Translations under genes and position numbers: made by a program
Shown here: positions 12,746 to 26,800 of the stretch, piece after piece
Position numbering within the stretch: the stretch's first letter is position 1
Layout: each line of letters opens with the position of its first letter
Notes under the pieces: generated by a model
What the model saw: the letters and a program-made list of their open reading frames with translations, nothing else
What the model was told of the DNA's origin: nothing
Database searches by the model: none
Origin: Stegostoma tigrinum
Taxonomy: Eukaryota
Direction of reading: 5' to 3'
Assembly: GCF_030684315.1 (NCBI RefSeq)
Contig: NC_081369.1
Location: 9,958,035-10,022,034 of the forward strand
DNA length: 64,000 nucleotides

Positions 12746-14726
12746 TGATAATGGGAACTGCAGATGCTGGAGAATCCAAGATAACAAAGTGTGGAGCTTG
12801 ATGAACACAGCAGGTCAAGCAGCATCTCAGGAGCACAAAAGCTGACGTTTCGGGCCTAGGCCCTTCATCAGAGAGGGGGCTGGGGAGAGGGAACTGGAAT
12901 AAATAGGGAGAGAGGGGGAGGCGGACCGAAGATGGAGAGAAAACAAGATAGGTAGAGAGGAGAGTATAGGTGAGGAGGTAAGGAGGGGATAGGTCAGTCC
13001 AGGGAAGATGGACAGGTCAAGGAGGCGGGATGAGGTGGTAGATAGGAAATGGGGGTGCGGGTTGAGGTGGGAGGAAGGTATAGGTGAGAGGAAGAACAGG
13101 TTAGGGAAGCGGAGGCAGGCTGGGCTGGTTTTGGGATGCAGTGGGGGAGGGGACACGCTAGGCTGGTTGTGGGATGCAGTGGGGGGAGGGGAAGAACTGG
13201 ACTGGTTTTGGGATGCAGTGGGGGAAGGGGAGATTTTGAAGTTTGTGAAGTCCACATTGATACCATTGGGCGGCAGAGTTCCCAAGCAGAATATGAGTTG
13301 CTGTTCTTGCAACCTTTGGGTGGCATCCTTGTGGCACTGCAGGAGGCCCATAATGGACATGTCGTCTGAGGAATGGGAGGGGGAGTTAAAATGGTTCGAG
13401 ACTGGGAGGTGCAGTTGTTTGTTGTAAACTAAGTGGAGGTGTTCTGCAAAGTGGCCCACAAGACACCGCTTGGTTTCCCCAATGTAGAGGAAGCCACACC
13501 GGGTACAATGGATACAATATACCACATTGGCAGATGTGCAGGTGAACATCTGCTTGATATGGAAGGTCATCTGGGGCCTGGGATAGGGGTGAGGGAGGAG
13601 GTGTGGGGGCAAGTGTAGCACTTCCTGCGGTTGCAGGGGAAGGTGCCGGGTGTTGTGGGGTTGGAGGGGAGTGTGGAGCAGACAAGGGAGTCGTGGAGAG
13701 AGTGGTCTCTCTGGAAGGCAGACAAGGGTGGGGATGGAAAAATAGCTTGGGTGTTGAGGTCGGATTGTAGATGGCGGAAGTGTCGGAGGATGATGCGTTG
13801 TATCCGGAGGTTGGTGGGGTGGTATGTGAGAACGAGGGGGATCCTCTGGTGGCGGTTGTGGCGGGGGCAGGGTGTGAGGGATGTGTTGCGGGAAACCCGG
13901 GAGACATGGTCAAGGGTGTTCTCAACCACGGTGGGGTTGGGGGGGGAGTTGCGATCCTTGAAGAACATGGACATCTGGGATATGTGGGAGTGGAATGCCT
14001 CACCCTGGGAGCAGATGCGGCGGAGGCGGAGGAATTGCGAATAAGTGATGGAATTTTTGCAGGAGGGTGGGTGGGAGGAGGTGTATTCTAGGTAGCTGTG
14101 GGAGTCAGTGGGCTTGAAATGGACATCAGTTTCTAGCTGGTTGCCTGAGATGGAGACTGAGAGGTCCAGGATGTGTTGGAGATGGCCCAGGTGAACTGAA
14201 GGTTGGGGTGGAAGGCGTTGGTGAATTGGATGAACTGTTCGAGCTCCTCTGGGGAGCAAGAGGCAGCGCCGATACAGTCATCAATGTCACGGAGGAAGAG
14301 GTGGGGTTTGGGGCCTGTGTAGGTGAGGAAGAAGGACTGTTCCACGTAACCTACAAAGAGGCAGGTGTAGCTTGGGCCCATGCGGGTGCCCATGGCCACT
14401 CCCTTTGTCTGTAGGAAGTGGGAGGAATCGAAAGTGAAGTTGTTGAGGGTGAGGACGAGTTCGGCTAGGCGGATGAGGGTGTCGGTGGAGGGGGATTGGT
14501 CGGGCCTGTGGGATAGGAAGAAGCGGAGTGCCTTGGGGCCATCTGCATGAGGAATACAGGTGTATAGAGACTTGACGTCCATGGTGAAAATGAGGTGTTG
14601 GGGGCCAGAGAATTGGAAGTCCTGGAGGAGGTGGAGGGTGTGGGTGGTGTCATGGACGTAGGTAGGGAGTTCCTGGACCAAAGGGGACAAAATGGAGTCC
14701 AGATAGGTGGAGATGAGTTCGATGGT
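12746..14726 (-). mobile_element. Penelope-like element (Neptune-type), 5'-truncated, young; RT C-half, Cys linker, GIY-YIG endonuclease, 3' pLTR
   Basis: Frameshifted ORFs contain FTMDVKSLYT, QTKGVAMGT, FLRDIDD, SQFLRLRRICS, CNRRKCYTC and VVYCIHC..YIGET. A 14-bp TSD ttatgtttgacctg lies at 12732-12745 and 14727-14740. Confidence 0.93.
12844..12871 (-). ncRNA. Minimal type I hammerhead ribozyme in PLE terminal repeat
   Basis: CUGAUGA-A-GGGCCUAGGCCC (helix II)-GAAAC-GUC. The core is intact, and such ribozymes are established features of PLE pLTRs. Confidence 0.75.
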
Positions 14727-14952
14727 TTATGTTTGACCTGCCGATTTTTGTTGACGATGTTACACTTCATTTCAAGATCTGCTGGACAGCACAACAGACA
14801 CAATCTAATCCACTTTCTTTTAGCATGGAACAACAAACATAGGGTGCCAATCGGCATAGCTACGTGTTTCAGTTTAAAGAAATAGTTGACGCTTTGACAG
14901 TGGCAAACCAAACGTGAGACCAGTCAGCCATCAATTCGAGATTTAGCTCGGA

Positions 14953-15013
14953 ATGTCTGTCGTTGCAATGGCGCGGTTAATGGTCTTGTTGCTGTTGTGT
15001 CCAATTTGCACAG
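14953..15013 (+). pseudogene. Leader exon of paralogous VJ receptor pseudogene (MSVVAMARLMVLLLLCPICT)
   Basis: Hydrophobic, with a phase-1 donor CAG|gtatct. The start context gctcggaATGTCTGT resembles gctcagaATGTCAGT of the intact gene. Confidence 0.7.
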
Positions 15014-15213
15014 GTATCTTCTTATCCTTGCTCTCAGGCATCACATTAAAAACTAGAGTTCTTACCTCATTACTATATCACTTGAATTGAATGTAGTTCG
15101 TTCCTTTGTTATCTTATTGCTCTTCATTATTTCCATGTACAATTGTGCCCTCAAGTATCTGTTTTTGCATAGAATACAATCAATCAATACGGAGGATTTT
15201 TAAAAAATGCTAG

Positions 15214-15528
15214 TTGTGGCAATTACTTCCACCAGCTTATCTCAACCTCCCAAAGAGGCAAATATCTTCAGGAATAAAGACACCATCCTCTTCTGCGTCA
15301 TCCCGCTTTCCGTTGACAATTTAGGAGTCATTAGTGGAAATGGGGAGAGAATAAATATCTGTAAAGAGGAGCAGATAGCAGGAAACATATTGGTCTCAAA
15401 AATAAGTGAGGTATTTCTTTTGGATGTGCGAAACGCAACGCTTCATGACGCAGGGCTTTGTAATTGCGTAGTAAGCCTTAAGGGAAAAGCTAGTCAGAAT
15501 GAAACTGGAACCAATCTAACTGTCGGCG
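15214..15528 (+). pseudogene. Degenerate VJ-type V exon, paralog of 46628-46948
   Basis: SQPPKE..LFC...LDVRNATLHDAGLCNC...NETGTNLTV. The middle is homologous only in a shifted frame (*WKWGENKYL*RGADSRKHIGLKNK versus WWKQGKSEYLQDSGDGRKRFGMENK), and that frame has stops. The donor is mutated (G|ggaagt). Confidence 0.8.
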
Positions 15529-17354
15529 GGAAGTGAAGGGGGAATAGGAATATTCAAGACGCTTTGTTGTCAATAATCTTTTATGCCATTTTTGAAGGTA
15601 TACAGCAGATTGATGTTTACTGTATAACTCTGTAAACAACGCTTAAAAGCACCTGAGCTTTTCTTAGCCATGGCGTTTAAAGTGGCGTCAATATCAACCT
15701 GGGTATGGAATATATAACAAACTTATTATCATGCCAACAAATTCAGGCAACCAGGAATGTAATGACTAGCTGCTGAGAATCCTCAGCAAGGCACGTAGAG
15801 TTTGCACACAGTTAATATCTCAGGCCTGCAACCTTGATAAATTGGATGTCGACGTATTCTTTTCAAAATATAGCTTTAACTTCAGATATTTTTATACTAA
15901 GGCTCACCACCATCCCTCCTCGTACTAGATTCCTCAGCTCTTTGTGCCTGTCTCAGCAGCAAATAGAGCAGCTTCTAGATAATCAATGAGACAACGTTTC
16001 AATCTTCTAAATTTCTAAACATTTCACTCACTTTTGTTTTTGCGACCTGACCCATAGACATTGTGACTCAAATGGACACACACTGATCTATTGTTATTTG
16101 CAAGAACAGGTCGAATGAGCGTACCGTTCGTCTCAAGTCTGTCACATCTTTCCAGCAACCTGATGTTCTTCATCTTCTGTTTGCAGCATCTCCAGTTTCA
16201 ATCCTGATTTTTGGCAAAGTCACCTATGGACAATTCATAAAAGTCTCTAACTCTCCGATGTGGAATTCCTCGTGATTTTACTCTCCTTAGGTATAAAAAT
16301 GGCACGGTAATCACAACAAAGATAAACACGATTAATAAGCAGAATGGTGGTGAACTTTATGAAGACTCCAATTCTTTTTAAGAGTCACAGTCTGAGGGGA
16401 ATGGCAACAATTGTGTCTGTTTGATAACACATATCTACTCCAGATTTCCACCATTGCCATCCACAAAGTCATCAATCACCATTTAATTATATGACCAACA
16501 GGCCAAGACATGAAGCCTGCAATTTGTAACACTACATTGAATTTATTCAAATGATTAATCATGAAGGTAGTTACAAAGTAAATTCCTCGAAATAACACAG
16601 CCAGAGGATCCTTCTACACAAAACAAGAATCACTGAAATAAGACAGCAAATAGGATAGGAATAGGCTATATGCCTCAGCAAACATATTTAGCCACCAATA
16701 AGGCAACTGTTGACTATCTGCAGTACTTCAACGTTTCAGTCCCATCACCATGTACCTTATGGCAGTATTGACGATTCTGGTCGAGGTATTGTTGGAGTCT
16801 CATTGCCAACTAGAGCACAGAATACAAGTTTTACAACATTTGAATACTGCTATTCCTCCTCATTCAACATTAACTCTTGAGTCATTATGACGCCTGTGCC
16901 TATATTCTCGAGACAGAGGATTATATCACTACGATATCCTTTAGGTAACATGAAAAAATTCATAAGGCATAATGCAACAATTTTATTCTAATACAAAATT
17001 ACCGATTGTGGAAAGAGAAAATCTGAACGTCCACCACTCATACAGGGAAACAGCAATATTAAAATGTGTTACGGCGGTATGAAAAACAGAGCCGTTCATT
17101 CATACAGCTCTGCAATGTTTAAAATTTGTAGGCAAAATGATTGCTGCAATGAGTAACCGTATCTATGTTTAGATAAGATTTTACTTAATTTATTGTTATT
17201 GTCACATTTATCTAGGTACAACGAAAAGTTTTGTTTTGCGTGTAGTACAGGCAGACCATAACATACAAAGGTCAGAGGGTGATTTAACACAGCGAGGACG
17301 CAAAGAAATGTTTGTCACAATAGCCAACATCGGAAAAAAAGAGAATGAAGTTCA

Positions 17355-17652
17355 ATGAATCCCTACAGTATGGAAACAGCCCCTTCGGCCCAACAAGCCC
17401 ACAATGGCCCTCAGAGCATCCCATGCGGACTCATCCTTATAACCCAGCTAAGCTACACTACAGACAATTTAGCATGGCCAATCCACCTCGTCTTCACATC
17501 GTTGAACTATGGGAGGAAACTAGAGCAACCGAAAAAAACCCACATAGTGACAGGGAGGACGTGCACACTCCACGCAGACTGTTGCCCCAGGGTGACATCG
17601 AATCTGAGTCCCTGGTGCTATGAGGCAGCAATGCAAACCGCTGAGCTACCCA
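17355..17652 (-). mobile_element. HE1-type tRNA-derived SINE
   Basis: Contains aatttagcatggccaatccacc and acactccacgcagac. The tRNA-like head is at the right end and the CR1-like tail ccctacagtatggaaacag at the left. Confidence 0.8.
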
Positions 17653-18702
17653 AGGTGATTCAGTAAAAACAAAATAGGTCACATCCGTCAAAGGCCACTT
17701 TTTCAACCACATCCAGTCTGCCCCGTTGTTAAAAGGTAGATGGAGAAACTGTGCCAATTTAATTGAAATCTAAATGGCTAGCCATGCTGAACAGCTTATC
17801 GTTTCTGAATTTCGGAACAAAGCTTAAGTAATGCATGTTCTAGGACGTTTGAAAATGTTAATACCTTTCTAACTGATTTTTGTTTTGTAACTGCGCTGTA
17901 GCATGATAATTTATATGATTTAATATTGATCACAATGACCACTGAAATGGCCTACATTCATGTTACATGTCCTTACAATTATTCAGTTTTGTGTTTTATC
18001 ACCAAATATTCTGCTCAAAGATTCACCAAATGTAAACCCTTGATGAAAAATGAAATAACTATACAAGATATACTTGCCAGGCCCGGTTAGGAAGTAAAGC
18101 ATGAAATGGTTATTGTGCTGTTGTAAACTGGACCGCAGCCATGTAAACTTTTACACTTAACCTTGATGAGGACAATTCAGTGCACACTTCGACAGTAATA
18201 AGAAGAGAAATAAACATTCACAGATCATGACAACAGCACTTCTAATCCGATGATTAAGGGTGAGACACAATTGACAGCCTGTAATCTCATCCTTACATTC
18301 ACCTTCTCAGTCTTGTTTCCATACAACGCACCCCACCGCCTCCCACCCCACCACCAACGATAATTGTTTTTGGGGAAAAGCCGAGAAGAAAAATGATAAA
18401 AGCACAAATTAACAAACTGTCAAAACTGTAAATCCAGATTTGTTAGGCTCCAAATTAAAACTGAGGACGATGAAAATGACATCTGATAACAGAGGTATCT
18501 GCTGAACGAAGAAAGCATTAATTTTCAATGTAATTGCTTGTTAATAAATAGTGACAAATATTTGTGAAAACTTCAATTGTTTACTTGTAATAGCAAGTAA
18601 AGCTCCTTATATTGTTTGAAGATTCCAAAATGTGTCGTAGGTTGTGTAGGCATTTGTCATGTTAATATGAATTGTCAATAAAATGGACGTTGTTAGAAAA
18701 TA

Positions 18703-21700
18703 GGACATAGAATATAGAACAGTCCAGCACAGTACAGGCCCTTCAGCCCACGATGTTGTGCCGACTTATTATTCTACTCTAAGATCAAACGAACCTGTAT
18801 ACCTTACATTATACTATCATCGATGTGCCTATCCAAGAGTGGCTGAAATGTCTCTAATGTATCTGACCTCACTACCACTGCTGGCAGCGTATTCCACGTG
18901 CCCACCACTCTACGTGAAGAACCTACCTCTGACATCTCCTCTATACCTTCCACCAATCATCTTTAAATTATGCCCCCTCGTCATAGTCATTTCCACCATG
19001 GGGGAAAAAATGTTTCTTGCTATTCACTCTATTTATGCCTGTCATCACCTTTAGAATTTTATCAAGTCACCACTCATCCTTCTTCACTCCAATGAAAAAA
19101 AACCCTATCTCCCTCTAACTTTCCACATGAGATTTACTCTCCAGTCCAGGCAGCATCCTGATAAATCTCCTCTGCACCTCTCTAAACCTTCCATATCCTT
19201 CCATTAATGAGGCGACTAGTAGTGAACACAATATTCCAAATATGGTCTAACCTGGGTTTATAGAACTGCAGGATAACTTCATGCAAATGAAAGCCAACAC
19301 ACCATACGCCTTCTTGACAATCCTATCAACTTTGATAGCAACTTTGAGGGATCTATGGACGTGGACCTCAAGATCTCTCTGTTTCTCCACACTGCCAAGA
19401 ATCCCACCATTAGCCCTGTATTCTGCATTCAAATTCGACCTTCCAAAATGAATCACTTCATACTTTTCTGTGTTGAATTCTATAAGCCACTTCTTTGCCC
19501 AGCTCTGCATCTATGTCAATGTCCTGTTGCAACCTACAACAGCTCTCCACGCTATCCACAACTCCACCAAACTTCATATCATCAGCAAACTTTACAAACC
19601 CACCCTTCCACTTTCTCATCCACATCATTTATAAAGATTACAAAGAGCAGAGGTCCCAGGACAGATTCCTGCAGAACACCATTGGTCACTGAGCTCCAGG
19701 CTGAATACTTTCCATCTACTACCACCCTGGGTCTTCGACTTGTCAGCCAATTTTGTATCCAGACAGCCAAATTTCCCTGAATCCTGTCCTTCCTTACTTG
19801 CTGAATGAGCCTACCATAGGGAACCTTACCAAATGCCATGCTAAAACCCGTATACACCATGTCCACTGCCCCGCCATCATCAATGTGTTTTGCCACATCC
19901 TCAGTGAATTCAAAACGGCTTGTGGGGCATGACCTGCTCCTCACAAGGCCATACTGACTATTACTAATCAAACTGAGCTTTTCCAAATAATCATAAATAC
20001 CATCTCTGAAAGTCCTCTCGAATAATTTTCCCATCACAGAAATAAATCTTACTGGGCTGTAATTCTCAGGGTTATCCCTGTTCCCTTTCTTGAACAATGG
20101 AAAGACATTTGCCACCCTCCAATCATCTAGTACTGCTCCAGTGAACAGTGAGGATGCAAAGATAATCCCCAAAGGGCAGAAGCATCTTCCCTCACTTCCC
20201 GTAGAAACTATGAGTATCTCACATCTGCCCAGGGGCTTATCTATCCTTATGTTTGCAATATTTCTAGCACACCCTCCTTCCTAGTATTAACTTTTATGAG
20301 CATATCCGCCTGTTCTATGCTGTCCTCACAAATGTCAAAGTCCCTGTCACTGGTGAATACTGAAGCAAAATATTCATTAAGGACCCCCACCCCCACCTCC
20401 TCTGCCTCCGTGCACAAGTTCCCTCCACTATCACTGATTGGCTCTACCCTCACTCTGGCCATCCTCGTGTTTGTCACATAAGCATAGAATGCCTTGTGCC
20501 TTTCCTTGATCCTACCCACCAAGGATTTTTCATGTTCCCTTTCAGCTCTCCTAAGTTCACCCTTCAGTTCCTTCTATGCTGCCTTGTTGCCCTGTCGAGC
20601 CTGTTCGATCTTAGCTTCCTCAACCTTAAGTAGCTTCCTCAACCTTCCTCTTGACTAGGTGTTCAACATGTCTAGTTATCTATGGTCCCTTCACCCTACC
20701 ATCTCTTCCTTGCTTCAGATGGACAAACCAACCCAGCACTCGTAGCAACTGCTCCCTAAACAATCTCCATATTTCTGTCGTGCATTTCACTGAGAACATC
20801 TCTTCACCATTTATGCTCTGTATTTCTTGCCTAACAGCATTGCAATTCTCCTCCCTCAATGAAGTATTTTCCCAGACCGTCTGCACCTATCCCTCTCGAT
20901 GATATAGTGAAGGTCAGGGAGTTGTGATCATGATAACCAAAATGCTCTCCCACCAAGAGATCTGACACCTAGCCTGGTTCGTTGCCAGGGGCCAAATTCA
21001 ATATAGCCTCCCCTCTGGATGAGCTATCTACATATTGAGTTCGGAGTCCTTCCTGGACACACCTGACGAAATTTGCTCCATCCAAACTATTTGCACTCTG
21101 TAGGTTCCAGTTGATATCAGCGAAGTTGATGTCACCCATGACAACAAACCTATTGCTTCTGTAGCTTTCCACAATCTGCCTCCCAACCTATTCCTCAGAG
21201 TTTCAGTTGCTATTGAGGGGTCTGTAAAAACTCCCAATAATGTGACTGCTCCTTTCCTGTTTCTGACTTGCACCCACTAACTCAGTAGGCAAGCCGTCCT
21301 CAATGACCTCCTTTCTGCAGCTGTGGCACCATCCCCGATGAGCAATACCATTACCCCACTTCTTTTACCTCCGTCCCTCTTTCTTTTGACGTATCTATAC
21401 ACTGGAACATACAATAACCATTTCTATCCCTGTGTTATCCAAGCCTCTGTAATGGCCACAACATCGTAGTTCCAAGGATTAATCCATGCTCTAAGTTCGT
21501 CACCTGATTCCTGACACTTCTTGCATTAAAATAGACACACTTCAACCCATCATACTGACAGCAATTTTGGACAATCAACTGCTTATCCTTCCTCGCAGAC
21601 TCTCTGTGTACTCCATCTACCTGTACACCAGCTATCCCATCCTCTGATCCATAACTCCCGATTCCCATCACCCTGCCAAATTGGTTTAAACCCTCCCGAA

Positions 21701-22040
21701 GAGCTCTAGCAAACCTCCGCCCAGGATATTGGTGTCCCTCCAATTCAGGCACAACCCACTCTCCCTGTACAGCTCCCACCTGCCCCAGAAGGTATCCCAG
21801 TGATTCAAATATCTGAAGCCTTCCTGCCTACACCAGCTCTGTAGCCACCTGTTTATCTGAAATTACGCCCCATTTCTGGCCTCACTAGCCCACGGAACCT
21901 CAAGGGCAATCTATGCTTACGTGCCTGTGGCACTGGTACTAATCCTGAGATTACTACTCTGCTCGTCCTGACTTTTGGCTTCCATCCTAACTCCCTATAT
22001 TCGCTTTTCAGTTCCTCATTCCTTTTCCTCACTATGTCTC
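18703..22040 (-). mobile_element. CR1 LINE, decayed: ORF1 C-terminus, endonuclease, RT (internally deleted), 3' tail
   Basis: RFARALREGLN (ORF1 end), LKCVYFNARS and VVMGDINF (APE), DWRVANVFPLFKKG..NYSPV, GVLQESVLGPLLFVIFIND, and WLIEFNTEK..HFGRSN. Confidence 0.92.
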
Positions 22041-23914
22041 TCTTCTAACAATCAATTACCTGCCTTTTGTGAATAATCTTACAAAGCTTGGGATTGTCTT
22101 GCCTGTTACATTATTGACTTGTGGAAAAGATGATGCTTTTGATTTGCATGCTACCATCTATGATCTCGCCCTCAAATCCCCTGAACACATAATTGACCTG
22201 GTTTAACTTGCAGTGTATTTCTTTCTTTTCGTTACGACTACCTATGCTCATTCCAAATGCCCGTACAATTAATAATTAATTAATTAATTCGTGGCATGTT
22301 GCAAATGCTGCACCATGTCTGTCAAATGTGATTTCTCTTTCACAATATACATCAGCTTCTTCGAAGTAGATCATTGTAAATTTGTCATATTTGAAAGATA
22401 TGCCTGCATTTTTCAAATCAAGAATGAAAGTCTAACATTGAATAACTCCTTTTTTGTCTCTTCTTCTACAGTAGGGTGACATTTCCTTCTTTCTAACCTC
22501 TTTAAGCCATTATAAAACATATAAAAATTGAAAGTTGGTCAACAATGCGCTATCTCCAAAGGTATTGCTTACAATGTTAGGATTTACAGAATATGCGTGT
22601 TTGGGAAATTATCAATCTTCCATGCCAACAGTTTTGTCAAAACAACCTCTTTACTCAAGTAATTTCCTTTAAATCTTTTTAACTCTAGTCTTTGGATATC
22701 TAATTCATTTACGGCAGTCTTATTTTTGTTAGTTCATGCTCATACCCTTTTCTCACTTTCTTCATTAGTGTACTGGTCCTTTTTCTGTTCCAAACTGCCC
22801 CCAAATCCCATGTTCATTAGTATTCATTAATGCCACTGCCTTTTTATTTTAATCTTCTGAAATAATTAACTTTATTTGAAAGCAATAGATGGCAAAATTT
22901 CATCGAATTTTGTTCCTTGAAATAATGTACTTTTGTGGAACGTATGATCATACTTTAAATATTATGCATTGCCCATGAACCATCATTTATTTTAATGTGC
23001 TGTGTCACCCTCCTCAGTCAATTTGACCCTCAAGCCTTCATGATTTTCTTTGTTCAAGTTTAAAATCCTGGCCTCAATTTGAACTGACTAACGTTCAAAT
23101 GTTATATAATATTCCATAATATTATGATCATTCATTCCTGAAGATTCATCCACAAACAAAATTGTTGAGCAACCATTTTTCCTTTCACACTGCTAAACTT
23201 AAAGTAACTAATTCTCCAGACAGTTGCTCAACACCCTTCCCTACATGCCAGTCTTACAACCTGTAGAAATTCGTCCTCCACTGCATTAGTGCTCATTAGG
23301 TATACCTGACAAATTCACAGGTTGATGGCTCCGATGATTTCGCATTTAGGGTTAAGGCTACTGCTTATCGCCAGTGAAGCTGACTATACGGATGCAATGT
23401 TCTTCAATTAATGACACTTCATTGTTTTTCTTCTCTATTTAACTTGTCTACTTTCAGTTAATATTCTGCATAGCATTGAGAATGTATCCTAAGGAATTGC
23501 CTGCAGTCTATATTTTTCTCTTTGCAACGGTGAATCCCGTGGTCGTCTCAAATGGATAAAAAACTCCACACCTTCAGAACGCTTCACACAACTGCGCTCT
23601 CTTTCACAGATTATTCAGATCTTCAGCCATCCATTGCGGGAACGAGTTTGTTTTCATATTAGGTTTAGAAAGATAAGTTAATATTATTTATAAGTGTTGA
23701 TACTATGAGCTATGATGATCTTTTTAAAAAACTGCATCAATGTCTCTTTTTCGATAATAACATGAAATAAATCAGAACTCAGCACCAGGCATATAATCTT
23801 TGCAGGCTGATGGTGAACAACATTAGCTTTGAATTTCGGATGTGCTGCGGCTGGATTGGAATTTCTGGTATTCAAGATGATTAATGGAATGAAATTCAGT
23901 CTGAAGAATTTGGA

Positions 23915-25060
23915 AGATACAAAGAATTGCAAATGCTGAAAGTCAAAGTCAATACAACGGAGAGTGGAGGAACACATGGGCCAGGCTGTATCAGTGGAGT
24001 AGGAAAGTCGACAATTCATGGGAAGTTCGAGCACATCATCAACTTCACCAACACCTTTTGCCATGACCTCAAATTTACCTGGACATTCTCTAACACGTTC
24101 TTCTCCTTCCTGGACCTCCCAGTCTCCATCTCCAGCAACTGACTCAGCACTGAAATCTATTTCAAACCAGAATCCCATTGCTATCTTGACTGTACCTCCT
24201 CTCACCCAACATCCTGCAAAAATGTGATCCCATGCTTCCAAATCGGTTGTCTCCACTGCATCTGCTCCCGAGCTGAAATGTTCCACTTCCAGACATCGCA
24301 GATGTCCTCCTACCTCAAGGACCATAAACGTACCTGTGGTTCATTATGCCGTCACAACAACTCTTGCATTTTCCACACTACTGCCCTTAGACACCCTCCC
24401 CCCAGCAATAAGGATAGAGTCTGTCTGGTCCTCACATACCACGCCACCAACCTCTGAATCCAACGCATCATCCTTCATCACATTCGCCAACTGCAATCAG
24501 ACCCCATCACCAAAGAGATATATCCCTCCTAACCCTGCTTTCTGTAGGGATCACCATCTCCACAAGTTCCTTTTCGACTCCACATTCCCTAGCAACAACA
24601 CCACATTCAGCAACATTCCCTACAGCCATAGCAGGTGCTCCAGTTGCCCCTACACCTTCCATCTCAGGTCCGTCCAAGCCCCCAAACAATCATTCCATAT
24701 CCGACAGGGATTCAACTGCAAGTTTTCTAACCTCATTTATTGCATCCATTATTCCTGATGTGGTTTCCCAGACATTAGAGAGACCAAGCACGGAATTGGT
24801 AACTTATTCATGGAGATTCAGCACTCTGTGTGCTTTAAATAATTACACCTTACAGTTGCCAGCCATTTCAATGCCCCTCCCACTCCCCTGGCGACTTGTC
24901 CATCATGGGCCTCCTCCAATGTCACAAATGAGGCCACATGAAAATTGGCTCACCCTATGTTGCGACATTGGAGATTACGGTACAATGGACTCAACATAGA
25001 GTTCAGTAGCTACAAAATCTGGCCACCTCCAGACTCATCCCATGTCCAAACCTCTCTAAT
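23915..25060 (+). mobile_element. Older Neptune-type PLE fragment with inverted 5' terminal repeat
   Basis: FINFTNTF..LKFTW..FLDL, LVLTYH and NLIYCIH are homologous to the 12.7-14.7 kb element. 23915-24015 is an inverted pLTR-like piece. Confidence 0.8.
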
Positions 25061-26800
25061 CAGCTTCCAGAGGTAATTACTTCCACAGGCACACCAATCT
25101 TTGCGTGAAAAAATGTCTCTTCATCTCCATCCTAATTCATTTACCTCAAATCCTCAGACGTGTCCCCTGGTTCTGGGCACACCCAACATGGAGAACATCC
25201 TCCCTGCGTCTACCCTACCCAGTCAATCCAGAACTGTATACGTCTCTATGAGCTCCCCCCACCAACGTCATTCATCTGAACTCCAGCGAAAACAATCCCA
25301 AACTAGTCGATCACTCCTCATACCTTAGGCCTACCATTTGCAGAATCAGCCTTGATAAGACTATTATTTTCCAAACATTCTGCCATTACTTCCTTCATAA
25401 TTGCTTTCTCTATCTTCCAACAATAGATGTTACGGCAATCGACCTATAGTTATCCAGATTTTGCACCTTTTTTTTAAATAGGCACATTGGCAATATTCCA
25501 TTCCTTTGGTACTTCTCCAGAAAAGTGCAAGCACTCTCTCTATACCTATTTCTTTTAGAATACACAGATGGATGCCTTAGGGGCGAGAGAACAAAATTAC
25601 TTTCAGTGTCGTTGGTTTGTGTAATGCTATTTATTTACTGAATGTAAGTCTACTTAGTTCATTCCCCATATTCTTTAGTGTTAATGGAATATTCAAAGTA
25701 CATTCCACTGCAGAGACCTGTGCAAAATATTTATTTAACTGCTCTGTCACTTCCTTGCTGCCTATAACTCTCTCTCTGATTCCTTTTCCATGGGGATGAT
25801 GTTTGCCTTTACCTTTCTCTTCATTTTTGTATGTGTAAAGGAGCTTTTTTGGCCAGTTTTTATATTCCTCATTACATTGACATTAGAGTTCATTTTTCTC
25901 TATATTATCTCGCTGGACTACTTTTGCTGATTCTGACATTATGTGATAGAGGAGAAAGGGGATGTTCCAAAACTTTTTTCTTTCACAGCTGGCCTCTGAC
26001 AGTCTTTTACAACACTTCCCAATTGCCTGAGTCAAAATCCTTGGTGATATTAATGAAGAAATCTGTCGAGTGTTTGGTGTTGCTCCTAGCATATCTATTT
26101 TTCAGTTGACCAGCAGTGTAAATCATAAAAAAACCAATCTATAGGAAGTGATATTTCTCAGCCTATCAAGAAAATGTGTTGATATGAAGTGATTTCTCTT
26201 CTCTATGATATTTCAATTGTTTTACCCTGCCTTTCTATCTATGGTTTTCTCCAAGTTAATTTCAACCAGTGATATTTTTCTAGCATACTTAATCAAAACG
26301 ATTTGCAATGCTAAAAATGAGTGCAAAGACCCCCTCATTGTTACGTGCTTCAGACACCATGTTGATGTACAGTCAGATTGTATGAATACTTTCCCGATAA
26401 TAAATTTGTTTAAAGAGAAAGGGCGATGACCATTTTAGTTGAACATTCAAACTACCTTTTAAATCCATTCAAGTGTTTGGCCAAAAGGCCCCTCGAGATT
26501 GCTCTGTCATTCTGTAAGGCAACGTTCATTCTTGTCACCAGTTTGCTTCGCATTCTTGTCTACTCCTGTAGCCTTTCAGAGATAGCTTATCAAAAATTGT
26601 CGTCATGTGCCTTAAATATTGTCAAATAATTTGCTTCTATCGCATTGAGAGGAATGAAGTTCAAAGATTCATTGTATTCGGAAAGAAGAACAAATGTTTT
26701 CATCTCTGCAACAACTGGGCAACCCCTTAATTTTTGACAGAGACCCCTTGTTCAAAACAGGAAACCTCCCTTCCCATTCATAATGTCAGGACCCCTCAGA
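25060..26800 (-). mobile_element. Decayed CR1 fragments
   Basis: Pyrimidine-rich CR1 3'-tail-like pieces (tctaccctacccagtc..., cagagaccccttgttc) and RT remnants. Confidence 0.45.

Noticed and set aside
13123-13230. Three tandem gctggttttgggatgcagtggggg units as a CRISPR-like array
   Set aside because: This is an internal tandem repeat of the PLE 3' region in a eukaryotic genome, with no unique spacers or cas genes.
13008-14885. Long plus-strand and alternate-frame ORFs (Gly/Glu/Pro-rich)
   Set aside because: These are antisense or shifted readings of the C-rich Penelope-like element.
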